Of a DNA stretch of 64,000 nucleotides, positions 1-9,414 are shown piece after piece. The notes beneath the pieces were generated by a model. That model saw only the letters and a program-made list of their open reading frames with translations. It searched no databases and was not told the DNA's origin. Numbering within the stretch: position 1 is the stretch's first letter; each line of letters opens with the position of its first letter. The stretch covers positions 35,521 through 99,520 of the forward strand of contig CAVOWP010000029.1 of the NCBI GenBank assembly GCA_963700185.1, in the 5' to 3' direction. This stretch comes from an uncultured Alphaproteobacteria bacterium (GTDB taxonomy: Bacteria; Pseudomonadota; Alphaproteobacteria; ATCC43930; CGMCC-115725). The position numbers and the translations under genes were made by a program.

Positions 1-617
1 TGCCCCATCCCGGCAAGGGTTGTCGCCAGCTTTTCGCCAGCATAACCGCCATCGGCGAAGACGTGGCGCAGCCAGGGGAAGAGATATCGGATCGACGCCA
101 GCACGCCGACCGCGCCGTCGCGATCCTGGATGTCGGCGCCGTGCACCTGGGCGCCGACCAGGAGCCCGGTGGTGTCCGTGATGATGTGGCGCTTGCGCCC
201 GTTGATCTTCTTGCCGGCGTCGTACCCGCGCGGCCCGCCGCTCTCGGTGGTCTTGACCGACTGGCTGTCGATCACCCCGCCCGAGGGGCTCGCCTCTCGG
301 CCAGCCTGTTCGCGGGCCTGCTGGAGCAGGACGAAATTGATCCGTTCCCACAGTCCATCGGTTTGCCACGCATAGAAGTAGCGCTGCACCGTCGAGCGGT
401 TTGGAAAATCGTGCGGCAACAGACGCCAAGGGCAGGCCGTTCTCAGGATGTAAAGCAGCCCCTCGACAACGCCCCGCAGATCCACTTTGCGAGGCCGCCC
501 CAGCCGCTTTACTGCCGGCATAAGCGGCTCGACCATTGCCCATTCGGCGTCCGTCATGTCGCTTGCGTAACGCAAACCTTCCCGCCGATACTGTTCGCGA
601 GTGGTTTCAGTCCACAT
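1..617 (-). CDS. IS5-family DDE transposase; 3' end runs off the window
   Basis: Reverse translation from ATG 617-615 gives MWTETTREQYRREGLRYASDMTDAEWAMVEPLMP..GRPRKVDLR..ACPWRLLPHDFP..VIDSQSVKTTESGG..GYDAGKKINGRKRHIITDT..DRDGA. This is the N-terminal HTH plus DDE core typical of IS5/IS1031-group transposases. It is absent from the ORF track because there is no stop inside the window; + ORF 63..641 is its antisense shadow. Confidence 0.85.
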   Translation of the reverse strand, partial: MWTETTREQYRREGLRYASDMTDAEWAMVEPLMPAVKRLGRPRKVDLRGVVEGLLYILRTACPWRLLPHDFPNRSTVQRYFYAWQTDGLWERINFVLLQQAREQAGREASPSGGVIDSQSVKTTESGGPRGYDAGKKINGRKRHIITDTTGLLVGAQVHGADIQDRDGAVGVLASIRYLFPWLRHVFADGGYAGEKLATTLAGMG

Positions 618-697
618 CTTGTGTTCCCCCGTGCTTCTTGACACAGCTCGGGTATCACAACACACTGAAATCACTCAATTCATTTCGAGCCAGCCTC
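1..697 (-). mobile_element. IS5-family insertion sequence (partial; one end only)
   Basis: Transposase gene plus about 80 nt of upstream non-coding end. The putative terminus reads GAGGCTGGCTCGAAATGAATTGAG on the minus strand and ends at about 697, followed by TGA (698-700), which fits the TNA targets of the IS1031 group. The boundary cannot be verified without the other end. Confidence 0.5.
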
Positions 698-734
698 TGA
701 GTTGGCCGCGCGCCAGTATTGGGGAGGACAGATC

Positions 735-1051
735 TCATCGCCAGCTCGCCCTGAGACCCGACTGTTCCTCGAACTCCGCCGGTTTCCCAGGGATGGAGAT
801 GGTAAACCGCGGCTGACTGTTCACGATGGTGAGCGGCCCCGCTATCCGGTCCGGACATGGGGCCATTCGCGATGTTCCCGTCGCTATGTAAGTTTCAGTC
901 AGTTTCGTCGAAGAGACGAACTTGTACGTTCCGTCAAACGCCGCTCCGGAGGTCGAAGAGGGCGGCGTCTGAGCAACTGCGGGAGCAAGCAAACGAAAAA
1001 TCCGACCATCCACAACCATCCAATGCCCTTTGCATGAGGCCGCCTTCCCAT
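735..1051 (-). CDS. small secreted hypothetical protein (frame broken in a T-run near 995-1000)
   Basis: Strong RBS AGGAGGGG upstream of ATG 1051 (MGRRPHAKGIGWLWMVGFF..). The frame then continues in ORF 735..1019 (..LLAPAVAQ/TPPSSTSGAAFDGTYKF..). The join gives a plausible signal peptide with an AVA-Q cleavage site. Confidence 0.35.
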
Positions 1052-1078
1052 TTTCGCCCCTCCTGCCGTAGCCCCGGG

Positions 1079-1861
1079 TTATTCGCCGGGTTTTCGCAGG
1101 TTGCCGACCGGGTCATATTGGCGAACCTGCAATGAGCCGAGCACATAGGCGACATCCTCGGGCCGCACCGCGGCCGTGTCGGTAGCGCAGATGCTCGCAT
1201 GCATGATGTAGATGTAGCCGCCTGCCCACTTTGGTCCGGCCTTTTGAACCGCAATGCAATTGTGAGGCCCATCCGAGAATTCGATCGATTTATCTTCGCC
1301 ATTGCTCACGAAATTGCGCCAATTAGTGCCGCGACGCGTCACTTGGTTCATGTCTTGAAAGTCTTCCTGATCGTATGCTGAATTGCCGTTGACGTAGCAA
1401 TACTGCGATGTTTGATGGCCTATGGCGGTAAGCTTGTAGGGATCGAATATCAATGTATCCGCCTCGATCGACAAGTGGCCGGAGCTATAGATCGCTACAT
1501 CGAGGGCCAGGTCGCAGTTGCTGCCGCCTTTCGGGTTGGTAATTTGATCTGTCGCGCCCGGTAACAACCGATACCCTTGCAGGCACTTGCCCCCCGCGGC
1601 AGGGGCGATACGGGTCGTCGTACATGGGACCTCGCGAAATTTGTCCTCCTCGACGCGATATCGACCACTATATGGATTTCGCTGGTAGGCCTTGCCGGGA
1701 TCGCGCAGGTAAGGCGCTACGGTCGGGGCGGCGGGCGCGGTGACGGTGACATTGGGAAGCGACAGCTGCTCCGTTTGCTGCGCACAGGCGCCGGCCGCCG
1801 ACGCGATAATCGCCAATCCCGCGACGACGCCCGCCAGGTGTCGCTGGCGATTGAGTTTCAA
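1079..1861 (-). CDS. secreted hypothetical protein
   Basis: 260-aa ORF with a clear Sec signal peptide (MKLNRQRHLAGVVAGLAIIASAAGACAQQ) and a Cys-containing mature part. Same strand as, and 20 nt downstream of, the GMC oxidoreductase gene. No family recognised. Confidence 0.6.
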   Translation of the reverse strand: MKLNRQRHLAGVVAGLAIIASAAGACAQQTEQLSLPNVTVTAPAAPTVAPYLRDPGKAYQRNPYSGRYRVEEDKFREVPCTTTRIAPAAGGKCLQGYRLLPGATDQITNPKGGSNCDLALDVAIYSSGHLSIEADTLIFDPYKLTAIGHQTSQYCYVNGNSAYDQEDFQDMNQVTRRGTNWRNFVSNGEDKSIEFSDGPHNCIAVQKAGPKWAGGYIYIMHASICATDTAAVRPEDVAYVLGSLQVRQYDPVGNLRKPGE

Positions 1862-1881
1862 CTTGCCTCCATCGCCGCGCC

Positions 1882-3519
1882 TCAGGCGGCCTTCGCGCTG
1901 ACAGCAGAGCTGGTGTCCTTCATTGCGGCGAGGATCAAGTAGGCGCCCTTTTCGGCGATCATGATCGTCGCCGCGTTGGTGTTGCCGGAAACGACGGTCG
2001 GCATGATCGAAGCGTCGATCACCCGCAGCCCCTCGATTCCTCGCACCCGCAGCTCCGTGTCGACTACGGCCGGTTCATGCTGGCCCATCATGCAGGTGCT
2101 GGTCGGGTGGTAGGTCGTACCGGCCGTTTGGCGGATATGGTCGAGCAAGTTTTCGTCGCTCTGCGCCGCCGGGCCGGGCAAGAATTCCTCCGAGACGGAT
2201 TTCTGCATCGCCGCGGTCTGGAAGATGCCTCGCGCGATCCGCAGCCCGGCGATCAAGGTGTCCTTGTCGGCCTGCGTCGATAGGTAGTTCGGCTGGATTG
2301 CCGGCGGCGCTGCGGGATCGGGCGACCGGATCCTGAGCCAGCCGCGGCTTTCCGGCCGGCAGGGGATGCAAGTGGCCTGGCAAGCTGGAAAATCGTGCAT
2401 CTCCTCCCCCGGCCGCACAAAGCTGCCGGCGAGGAATTGATACTGCACGTCCGGCGAGTCGAGGCCCGGCCGGGTGCGCGCAAAGAGCCCGATCGGCGCG
2501 GCTCCCATCATCAGTGCGCCGCGGCGTGCCAGCGCGTATGAAAACCCGGCATGAGCCTGGCGCAGCCAGCTCCGGGAGACTTCGTTCAAGGTGTTGGCGC
2601 GCCGCGCGCGATAGACGACGCGCGAGTTAATGTGATCCTGCAGGTTCTTGCCGACCCCCGGCAGATCGTGAACCACCGCGATGCCGTGCTCGTGCAGCAA
2701 TTGCCCGGGCCCGATCCCGGAAAGCTGTAGCAACTGCGGCGAGTTTATCGAGCCGCCGGCGAGCAGTACCTCGCGCCGCGCTCGCGCTCTGCGCACGATC
2801 CCGTCCTGCGAATATTCGAGGCCGACTGCGCGCTTGCCCTCGAACAGTACGCGATGCGCCAACGCCCGGATCTCGACGCGCAGGTTGGGCCGCCCCATGG
2901 CCGGCCGCAAATAGGCCACCGCCGCGCTGCAGCGCCGCATGTTGCGGACCGTCACCTGCAACGGTCCGACCCCGTCCTGCTCGGCGCCGTTGAAATCGGG
3001 GTTGAACTTATGGCCGGCCTCCTGCGCCCCGGCGATAAAGGCGTCGTGCAGTTCGTGCCGCGCCCGCAAATCGGAGACGTACAGCGGTCCGCCGATGCCG
3101 TGATGCTCGTCGGCGCCACGCTCCTGGTGCTCGGCGCGCCGGAAATAGGGCAGCACGTCCTCATACGACCAGCCGGTATTGCCGAGCTGGCGCCACAGAT
3201 CGAAATCCTGTCTTTGGCCGCGGATGTAAATGAGCCCATTGATCGAGCTCGAGCCGCCGAGCACCTTGCCGCGCGGCCACAGCATGCGGCGCCCGCCGAG
3301 CTCGGCGAGCGGCTCGGTCTCGAACTGCCAAGTTATCTTCGGATGGAAGATGTTTCGGTAGAACCCGGCGGGAATGTGGATCCACGGGTTCCGGTCCTTG
3401 CCGCCCGCCTCCAGCAGCAGCACGCGCGTGGTGCGGTCGGCAGTCAGGCGGTTCGCCAACACGCAGCCGGCAGAACCGGCGCCGACGATGATGAAGTCGA
3501 ATTCTCCGGTGTCCTGCAT
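1882..3519 (-). CDS. GMC-family FAD oxidoreductase (choline/alcohol dehydrogenase-like)
   Basis: 545 aa. N-terminal [30 protein letters not shown] fold, [11 protein letters not shown] motif, and C-terminal [34 protein letters not shown] signature. Confidence 0.9.
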   Translation of the reverse strand: MQDTGEFDFIIVGAGSAGCVLANRLTADRTTRVLLLEAGGKDRNPWIHIPAGFYRNIFHPKITWQFETEPLAELGGRRMLWPRGKVLGGSSSINGLIYIRGQRQDFDLWRQLGNTGWSYEDVLPYFRRAEHQERGADEHHGIGGPLYVSDLRARHELHDAFIAGAQEAGHKFNPDFNGAEQDGVGPLQVTVRNMRRCSAAVAYLRPAMGRPNLRVEIRALAHRVLFEGKRAVGLEYSQDGIVRRARARREVLLAGGSINSPQLLQLSGIGPGQLLHEHGIAVVHDLPGVGKNLQDHINSRVVYRARRANTLNEVSRSWLRQAHAGFSYALARRGALMMGAAPIGLFARTRPGLDSPDVQYQFLAGSFVRPGEEMHDFPACQATCIPCRPESRGWLRIRSPDPAAPPAIQPNYLSTQADKDTLIAGLRIARGIFQTAAMQKSVSEEFLPGPAAQSDENLLDHIRQTAGTTYHPTSTCMMGQHEPAVVDTELRVRGIEGLRVIDASIMPTVVSGNTNAATIMIAEKGAYLILAAMKDTSSAVSAKAA

Positions 3520-3604
3520 ACCTGCTCTCCGCGAAAGCCGATCTATATTCTGTGGCGCCTCCGCCGCTCGTTATATGATGTCTTGCAATTTCACGGAGCA
3601 GGAC

Positions 3605-3829
3605 ATGCGTGTGGCGGTGTTGGCGATTATTGGTCTGATCGGTCTCACGACAATGTCCGTGACGATGTCAGCTTCCCCGGCCGGATCGGTTTGGAGGGAG
3701 CCCAGCGCCGCGTCTTACCTCGTCGAGGTAGCCCAAGGTTGCGCCCCAGGCTTTCACTGGGTTGGCCGACACCGCAATCGTTATGGTGCATGGGTTCTGG
3801 GGCACTGCCAACAAAACCATCATGCATAA
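3605..3829 (+). CDS. small secreted protein
   Basis: ATG 3605 preceded by GGAG. MRVAVLAIIGLIGLTTMSVTMSASPAG signal-like N-terminus, then ..GCAPGFHWVGRHRNRYGAWVLGHCQQN, which resembles small Cys-flanked secreted peptides common in Rhizobiales. Short, so uncertain. Confidence 0.4.
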   Translation: MRVAVLAIIGLIGLTTMSVTMSASPAGSVWREPSAASYLVEVAQGCAPGFHWVGRHRNRYGAWVLGHCQQNHHA

Positions 3830-3880
3830 GCAAGGCCCTCACCTCGCCAAGCACTCAGCGCATTCCGGTTCAAGTGAAAT

Positions 3881-4468
3881 TCACCCACTGATGCCTAATT
3901 CCTTGCGCAGGTCTGTGATCACTTGGTCCCGCGAGCGGGTCTGCCAGCGGCGGCGCCGGCCGATCGGGGCGTTTTCGATCTCCGGAGCGACCTTTACGGC
4001 GACAAACACCGGGCCCGGCTTGCTCAGGATGTCGGGAAGGGCGGCCGAGAATTTATCGAGTTCCCGGAAGGCGAAAGCTCGGGGATAACCGGCGCCGCGC
4101 ACGATCACGTCGTAGTTGGTATTTTCGGCATTGGGGACCGGCTGGCCGCCCGTCGTCGCGTAGCAACCATTGTCGATCAGAAAATGATAGAAATTCGCCG
4201 GCTGCTGCTCGGCTATCGTGACCAGCATGCCGAGGCTCATCAGGATGTCGCCCTCGGAGTTGAAGAGGATTACCTTCTTCTCCGGCCGCGCTAGCGCCAG
4301 CCCCAGCGCAAAGCCGGCGTGTCCGCCCATCGCCGGATCGCCGACCGGCACGTCGAGGTTCGGCCGCGTCGTGAGGTCGGTCCAATAACGGCCACCGCGG
4401 CCCGGAACGACGATCGCATCCTCGCGATAGGGAGCGAACGCCCTTAACATTTCGGCTGTGTGCATCAT
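3881..4468 (-). CDS. thiamine-diphosphate enzyme, beta (PP-binding) subunit; sulfopyruvate/phosphonopyruvate decarboxylase-like
   Basis: 195 aa with the TPP-binding motif region (GDPAMGGHAGFALGLALA..ILFNSEGDILMSLG..NGCYATTGGQ). Directly downstream of the matching alpha subunit gene. Confidence 0.75.
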   Translation of the reverse strand: MMHTAEMLRAFAPYREDAIVVPGRGGRYWTDLTTRPNLDVPVGDPAMGGHAGFALGLALARPEKKVILFNSEGDILMSLGMLVTIAEQQPANFYHFLIDNGCYATTGGQPVPNAENTNYDVIVRGAGYPRAFAFRELDKFSAALPDILSKPGPVFVAVKVAPEIENAPIGRRRRWQTRSRDQVITDLRKELGISG

Positions 4469-4483
4469 CGCGGAGGCGCTCCC

Positions 4484-5017
4484 TTATCGGTTGAAGCCGT
4501 GGTATTCGTCGCCGACGAGCACGACGACCGGCTTCTTGGTGCGTTCCGCCTCCCCGAAAGCGATCGAGATGCGCGGCGCATCGGCGTCGTTCTCGACGAG
4601 GTAGTAGGTGATCCCAAAAGCCATTAGAAACCGCTCGGTATAAGTCGCCGCGCTGTCCTGATTGACGCCGTGGCGCGTCCAGCCGCGATAGCCGACCATC
4701 AGCACCACCGGGATGTTGAGGCCGAGTATCCAGCCGCGCAGCGAATCCCCCGATTCCATCATGCCGGTGTTCTGGATCAGGATCAGCGGCTTGGCCCCGG
4801 CAACCGACAGCCCGGCGGCGATCGAGCAGGCATGCCCCTCGCGGCTGACGCCGACGAGCCGTAACGAGGGCTCCGCCTTCATCAAGAGGTAGAGCCAGTT
4901 GGTCTCGCTGTCCGGCAGCCACACGACGTGCGTCACGCCGTTCTTCTTCATTTCGCCGAGGACCGTTTCCGGGCTCAGCGCGACCACCGCCGCATCATTC
5001 ATATTTATCGCCTCCAT
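4484..5017 (-). CDS. thiamine-diphosphate enzyme, alpha (pyrimidine-binding) subunit; ComD-like
   Basis: 177 aa. ..THVVWLPDSETNWLY..VGVSREGHACSIAAGLSVAGAKPLILIQNTGMMESGDSLR is typical of the N-terminal TPP domain of split sulfopyruvate decarboxylases. Confidence 0.75.
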   Translation of the reverse strand: MEAINMNDAAVVALSPETVLGEMKKNGVTHVVWLPDSETNWLYLLMKAEPSLRLVGVSREGHACSIAAGLSVAGAKPLILIQNTGMMESGDSLRGWILGLNIPVVLMVGYRGWTRHGVNQDSAATYTERFLMAFGITYYLVENDADAPRISIAFGEAERTKKPVVVLVGDEYHGFNR

Positions 5018-5045
5018 TCAACGGCATCCCGTTTATCATAACATC

Positions 5046-5663
5046 ATGGAAAAGCACTGCGACGAGCGCATTCTGTTCTTGTTCCGGCACGGCGAGACCG
5101 ACTGGAACCGCGACGGGCGGCTGCAGGGGCACACGGATACGCCGCTCAATGCCACGGGCCTCGCGCAAGCGCAGGCATTGGCCGAGAGCTTGCGCCCACA
5201 TCGGCTCGATGCGGTCCTGTCGAGCGATCTGGCGCGCGCCCAAACGACCGCGCAGATCGTCGCCGAGGCATTGCGGGTGCCGCTTTTCATTGAAGCGGGG
5301 TTGCGCGAGACCGATGTCGGCTTGGCCGAGGGCCTCCTGTGGGCGGACGCCAAGACGCGCTTTGGCGAGGGTCTGACCGAGCGCTGGTACTCCGATGGCG
5401 ATGTCGCCTTCCCCGGCGGCGAGACCGGCATCGCGACCCACACGCGCGGGCTCGCCGGCTTGCGGCGCTTTACTGCGGCGCAACCCTTCCGGCGGGTCGG
5501 CGTCTCTACTCACGGCGCGATGGTGCGTCAGCTGATGAAGCACGCGTTGCCGCCGGGCAGCCCGCCAATGCCGGTTCGCAATACCACGCTCTTCGTGGTC
5601 CGGTACGAGCCGGCCAGTGACCGGCTGATCGTCGTCGAGAGGGAAGAGCTCGAACTCCGCTGA
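5046..5663 (+). CDS. histidine phosphatase family protein (phosphoglycerate mutase-like)
   Basis: An internal ATG at 5046 gives MEKHCDERILFLFRHGETDWNRDGRLQGHTDTPLNATG, carrying the RHGE catalytic motif. The upstream part of ORF 4899.. is antisense to the neighbouring gene. Confidence 0.85.
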   Translation: MEKHCDERILFLFRHGETDWNRDGRLQGHTDTPLNATGLAQAQALAESLRPHRLDAVLSSDLARAQTTAQIVAEALRVPLFIEAGLRETDVGLAEGLLWADAKTRFGEGLTERWYSDGDVAFPGGETGIATHTRGLAGLRRFTAAQPFRRVGVSTHGAMVRQLMKHALPPGSPPMPVRNTTLFVVRYEPASDRLIVVEREELELR

Positions 5664-5667
5664 CTGG

Positions 5668-6573
5668 CTAATAAGGCCGGTCGCCTCTGATCTGCGAGCG
5701 GTGCATCAGCCGCCGGCTGTTCGGGTCGAACTCGTCGCGGCGGTGCATGACGCAGCGATTGTCCCACAAGACGAGGTCTCCGACCCGCCATTGCTGGTAC
5801 CAGCTCAGCTCGGGGCGCGCCGCATGCGCCCACAGCGCATCGAGCAGCCGCTCACTGTCTTCGAGCTCGAGGCCCAGGATGTACGCATTGCGCCGGCGTC
5901 CGAGAAACAGCGCCCTGCGGCCGGTGACCGGGTGGGTACGGATGATCGGGTGGTCGGCCCCCGGCGCCTGCCGCGGGTCGGTCACCTCACTCAACCCGCG
6001 CCGCAGCTCGCCGGCGCTGTTGTAGGTGGCATCGTGCCGGCAGAGCCGGCCTTCGACCTGCTGCCGCAGCTCATCGGGCATGGTTTCGTAGGCGAGATAC
6101 ATGTTGGCAAAGCCGGTGTCGCCGCCCGAGGGCGGTACCTCGAGCGCGTAGAGCGCACTGGCGCAGGGAGGCTCCGAATTGTACGACATGTCGGTGTGCC
6201 AGATCGACTCGTAGGCGCCGAGCGCGCCGATTGCCTTGCCGTTCTCGACGATATTTGAAATCACCGAGATATAACGGCGCCCCTCCTCGGCCGATTCGAC
6301 ATAGCGGTCTTCGCCCGGGATCTTTACGCGCGAGGCGGCGATGACCGGCGCCCAATCGAGTTCGCCGAAATGCGCACTGAACCGCATCAGCTGGTCGTCG
6401 TCGAGCCGCTGGCCACGAAACCGCAACACGAGGTGATCGGCCCATGCCTGCTTGATGGCGTCGACCGCGTGCGGGGAGAGTTCCCGCGCCAGGTCGACCC
6501 CTTCGATGTCAGCGCCGAGCGCTGCGCCCGTTGGCTTTACCTCGATCCTCTGCCGCTCCAACACCGCCGCCAT
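5668..6573 (-). CDS. TauD/TfdA-family Fe(II)/2-oxoglutarate dioxygenase
   Basis: Start ATG 6573 preceded by GGAGGAAAC. Motifs ..WHTDMSY.. and ..VLWDNRCVMHRR.. are characteristic of taurine dioxygenase-like enzymes. Confidence 0.85.
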   Translation of the reverse strand: MAAVLERQRIEVKPTGAALGADIEGVDLARELSPHAVDAIKQAWADHLVLRFRGQRLDDDQLMRFSAHFGELDWAPVIAASRVKIPGEDRYVESAEEGRRYISVISNIVENGKAIGALGAYESIWHTDMSYNSEPPCASALYALEVPPSGGDTGFANMYLAYETMPDELRQQVEGRLCRHDATYNSAGELRRGLSEVTDPRQAPGADHPIIRTHPVTGRRALFLGRRRNAYILGLELEDSERLLDALWAHAARPELSWYQQWRVGDLVLWDNRCVMHRRDEFDPNSRRLMHRSQIRGDRPY

Positions 6574-6610
6574 TTCCGTTTCCTCCAGCTCAAAGTCCAA
6601 AATCAGCTCG

Positions 6611-7078
6611 TCAATCGAATTGCATGCTGATGGTTTCGGCGACGAGGGCAGGGCGCGCGGCGCCCTCGACCTCAATCGTGTTCTCCGAGGTGATGCGCAC
6701 GCCGCCATCGACCGGCTCGACCGATTTGATTTTCTGCCGCAGCCGAATGCGCGAGCCGGCCGGCACTTGCCCAGTAAAGCGGACCCGGTTGGATCCGTAG
6801 TTTAATCCGCGCGAGCGGTGCTTGACCCGATAGAGGGTCTGGCCGAGGCGCGGCACCAGCGACAATGTCAGATAGCCGTGCGCGATCGTCTTGCCGCCGG
6901 GCATCTCGCGCTTGGCGCGCTCGACATCGACATGGATCCATTGGTGGTCGCCAGTGGCGTCGGCGAATTTATCGATCAGCGCCTGATCGACGGTAAACCA
7001 ATCGCTGACGCCGATTTCCTTGTCGACATACTGCGCAAGGTCGGCCGGCCGCTCGAGTTCGATCATCGTTTGTCCCAT
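6611..7078 (-). CDS. MaoC-family (R)-hydratase/dehydratase
   Basis: ..VSDWFTVDQALIDKFADATGDHQWIHVD..AHGYLTLSL.. hot-dog fold hydratase motif. About 155 aa from the internal start MGQTMIELE. Confidence 0.85.
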   Translation of the reverse strand: MGQTMIELERPADLAQYVDKEIGVSDWFTVDQALIDKFADATGDHQWIHVDVERAKREMPGGKTIAHGYLTLSLVPRLGQTLYRVKHRSRGLNYGSNRVRFTGQVPAGSRIRLRQKIKSVEPVDGGVRITSENTIEVEGAARPALVAETISMQFD

Positions 7079-7238
7079 TCTTTTATCTGTCGCAAATCGT
7101 CTAGCCGATTTATGGCCGCCTGGGAAAGGCGCCAGGAACCGCTGCCCGCTTTGCGCGCATGCGGTCGACCAGGAACTCGCTGAGCGCAAGGAAGAGTTGA
7201 TGTCGGAAATGAGCGCATAAAACGAAACATCATAAATT

Positions 7239-7327
7239 GTCATTGCGAGCGCAGCCAAGCAACCTAGCACCTGTCGAGCCTCTTAAGGCACAAGATTGCC
7301 TCGTCGCCTCCGGCTCCTCGCAATGAG
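7239..7327. repeat. REP/BIME-like palindrome, 'CATTGCGAGCGCAGC..AAGCAA' family
   Basis: gtcattgcgagcgcagccaagcaacc - spacer - gattgcctcgtcgcctccggctcctcgcaatgag. The same unit recurs at 14363-14429 and 50623-50841. Confidence 0.8.
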
Positions 7328-7357
7328 AGGACGTCAATCGAAATCTACTCTAATTAC

Positions 7358-7393
7358 AAGAAAAGCCCTGCCTGCATTTGGCGGGGCTTTTCG
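7358..7393 (-). terminator. bidirectional Rho-independent terminator candidate (downstream of mutT)
   Basis: 10-bp stem aagccctgcc / ggcggggctt with a 7-nt loop, flanked by an A-run on one side and a T-run on the other. Confidence 0.5.
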
Positions 7394-7493
7394 TTCCGCC
7401 AAAGGAACCCGCAACGCCGGGTCCCGTTTTGGGCGCATCCTCTTTTGCAATTGGATGATGCAATGACAACCGATCCGAAAACCGCCGGCCTGA

Positions 7494-7685
7494 CCCCTCC
7501 GCCAGCTCGCCAACTACGGCGACCCGATGGCGCCCGGCAAGGTCGAGCATTTCGGCGAGAACACACCGCTCAAAGGTCCGGGCCAGCCGGCCGAGCTCGC
7601 CCCGCCTACGTCCTGCTCGCCTTCGAACGGCAGCTACATATCCGGTGCGATGATCCCGGTGACTGCCGGCCGCCCGATGCTGTAG
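7494..7685 (+). pseudogene. 3' remnant of a short-chain dehydrogenase/reductase gene
   Basis: The frame ending at TAG 7683-7685 reads ..GKVEHFGENTPLKGPGQPAELAP[PTSCSP]SNGSYISGAMIPVTAGRPML. This matches the conserved C-terminus of classical SDRs (..GQPAE.AP.YVFLAS..SSYI.G....V.GG). There is no room for the N-terminal 200 aa. Confidence 0.5.
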
Positions 7686-7690
7686 GCGGT

Positions 7691-8080
7691 TTACAGCAGG
7701 TCGCGCAGCATTGCGACGAGCGGCTTGTCGGCCGGCGGCATCGGGTAGTCGCTGAGCCGGGCCGGGCGCACCCAGGCGAAGCGCTGCCCTTCGCGGGCGG
7801 CAGGAATGCCCGACCATTTGCGGCAGACATAGAGCGGCATCAGCAGATGGAAGTCGGGGTAGGAGTGGGATGCGAAGGTGAACGGCGCGAGGCAGCTCGC
7901 CGTGACGTCGATCCCGAGCTCCTCGGCGAGCTCACGGATCAATGCCGTCTCCGGCGTTTCGCCCAGGTCGACCTTGCCGCCCGGAAACTCCCACAGCCCA
8001 GCCATGGGCTTGCCTGCCGGACGCTGGGCGAGCAATACCCGCCCGTCGGCGTCGACGAGCGCCACCGCCGAGACGAGCAC
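7691..8080 (-). CDS. mutT: 8-oxo-dGTP diphosphatase (NUDIX hydrolase MutT)
   Basis: ..AVALVDADGRVLLAQRPAGKPMAGLWEFPGGKVDLGETPETALIRELAEELGI.. contains the Nudix box. I place the start at GTG 8080 because the upstream part of ORF 7691..8161 is encoded by a REP palindrome. Confidence 0.8.
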   Translation of the reverse strand: MLVSAVALVDADGRVLLAQRPAGKPMAGLWEFPGGKVDLGETPETALIRELAEELGIDVTASCLAPFTFASHSYPDFHLLMPLYVCRKWSGIPAAREGQRFAWVRPARLSDYPMPPADKPLVAMLRDLL

Positions 8081-8088
8081 GATGCGAA

Positions 8089-8140
8089 GGCCCCCACCGC
8101 TCCCCTCCCCCGGGTGCGGGGGAGGGTTAGGGTGGGGGCC
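8089..8140. repeat. GC-rich palindrome (GGGGGAGGG family) between argJ and mutT
   Basis: ggcccccaccgctcccctcccccgggtgcgggggagggttagggtgggggcc is a near-perfect hairpin placed immediately after the argJ stop. Confidence 0.7.
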
Positions 8141-8141
8141 T

Positions 8142-9372
8142 TCAGCTGCGGTAGCTGGCATTGATGTCGATATAGCGATGGGTCAGGTCACAGGTCCACA
8201 CCGTCGCCTTGCCGCGGCCGATGCCGAGATCGACGTCGATCGTGATCTCGCGGGACTTCATGTACTCGGCGACAGGCGCCTCGTCATAATCGGGCACCGG
8301 GCCGCCCTCGGCTGCGATCTGAATACCGCCGATCGAGATCGACAATCGGCTTTGATCCACCTTCTCTCCAGCCCTGCCGACCGCCATGACGATGCGACCC
8401 CAGTTGGGGTCGCCTGCAGAAAGAGCCGTCTTGACCAACGGCGAGTTGCCGATGGTGAGCCCGATGCGGCGCGCCGCCCGTGCTGTCGCGGCCCCGGTCA
8501 CCTCGATCGTGACGAATTTCCCTGCGCCCTCACCGTCGCGCACGATCTGCTGGGCGAGATCGATCATGACCGCATCGAGCGCCCGGCGAAAATCCCCGAG
8601 CCGCCGATCGGCCGGGCTCACCACCGGCCGATGCGAGCGCCTGCTGAGTGGCGCAGAGCAGCACCGTGTCGCTGGTCGAAGTGTCGCCATCCACCGTGAT
8701 CGAATTGAACGAGCGATCGGCTGAAGCGGCGAGCAGCGGCTGCAGCACTGCGGGGGGCAACGCCGCGTCGGTGAAGACATAGGCGAGCATCGTCGCCATA
8801 TCGGGCGCGATCATGCCGGAGCCCTTGGCAAAGCCGTTGAGACGGACTTCGACCCCGTCGATATTTGCGGTCGCGGTGGCTCCTTTGGGAAAGGTGTCGG
8901 TCGTCATGATGGCGCGTGCCGCCGGCTCCCAACTCTCGGCCGAAAGCAACGGGATGACCTGCGGCAACGCCGCGATGATTTTTTCCGCAGGCAGCGGCTC
9001 GCCGATCACGCCGGTCGATGAGATGAACACCTCCTTGGGGTCGCAGCTCAACAGTCGCGCCGTCGCCGCAGCCGTGGTCTCGACGACTTCCTTTCCGGCG
9101 CGGCCGGTGAACGTATTGGAATTCCCGGAATTGACGACGATGCCGCGCACCTTGCCGCCCGGCAGGCAGTCGCGGCACCACACGACCGGCGCGCCCGCGG
9201 TCAGCGAGCGCGTGAAGACGCCGGCGATCGCGCTGTCCGGCGCCAGCTCCGCCAGCATCAGATCGTCTCGCCCGGTATAGCGGATCCCGCAGGCGAAGGC
9301 CGCGAGGCGCACTCCGGCGATCGGCGCCAGCTCAGGAAAGCACTCCGGGGCCAGGGGGGAAACGGCACTCAT
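8142..9372 (-). CDS. argJ: bifunctional glutamate N-acetyltransferase/amino-acid acetyltransferase ArgJ (one +1 frameshift near 8630-8650)
   Basis: ORF 8530..9372 carries the ArgJ N-terminus (..VVNSGNSNTFTG..MIAPDMATMLAYVFTDA..TVDGDTSTSDTVLL). ORF 8142..8780 carries the C-terminus (..VRDGEGAGKFVTIEVTGA..GDPNWGRIVMAVG..TCDLTHRYIDINASYRS). Confidence 0.9.
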
Positions 9373-9414
9373 CCCTCGCTTCCAGAGCAGGATGCGCCAT
9401 TCCGCAATGCAGAG

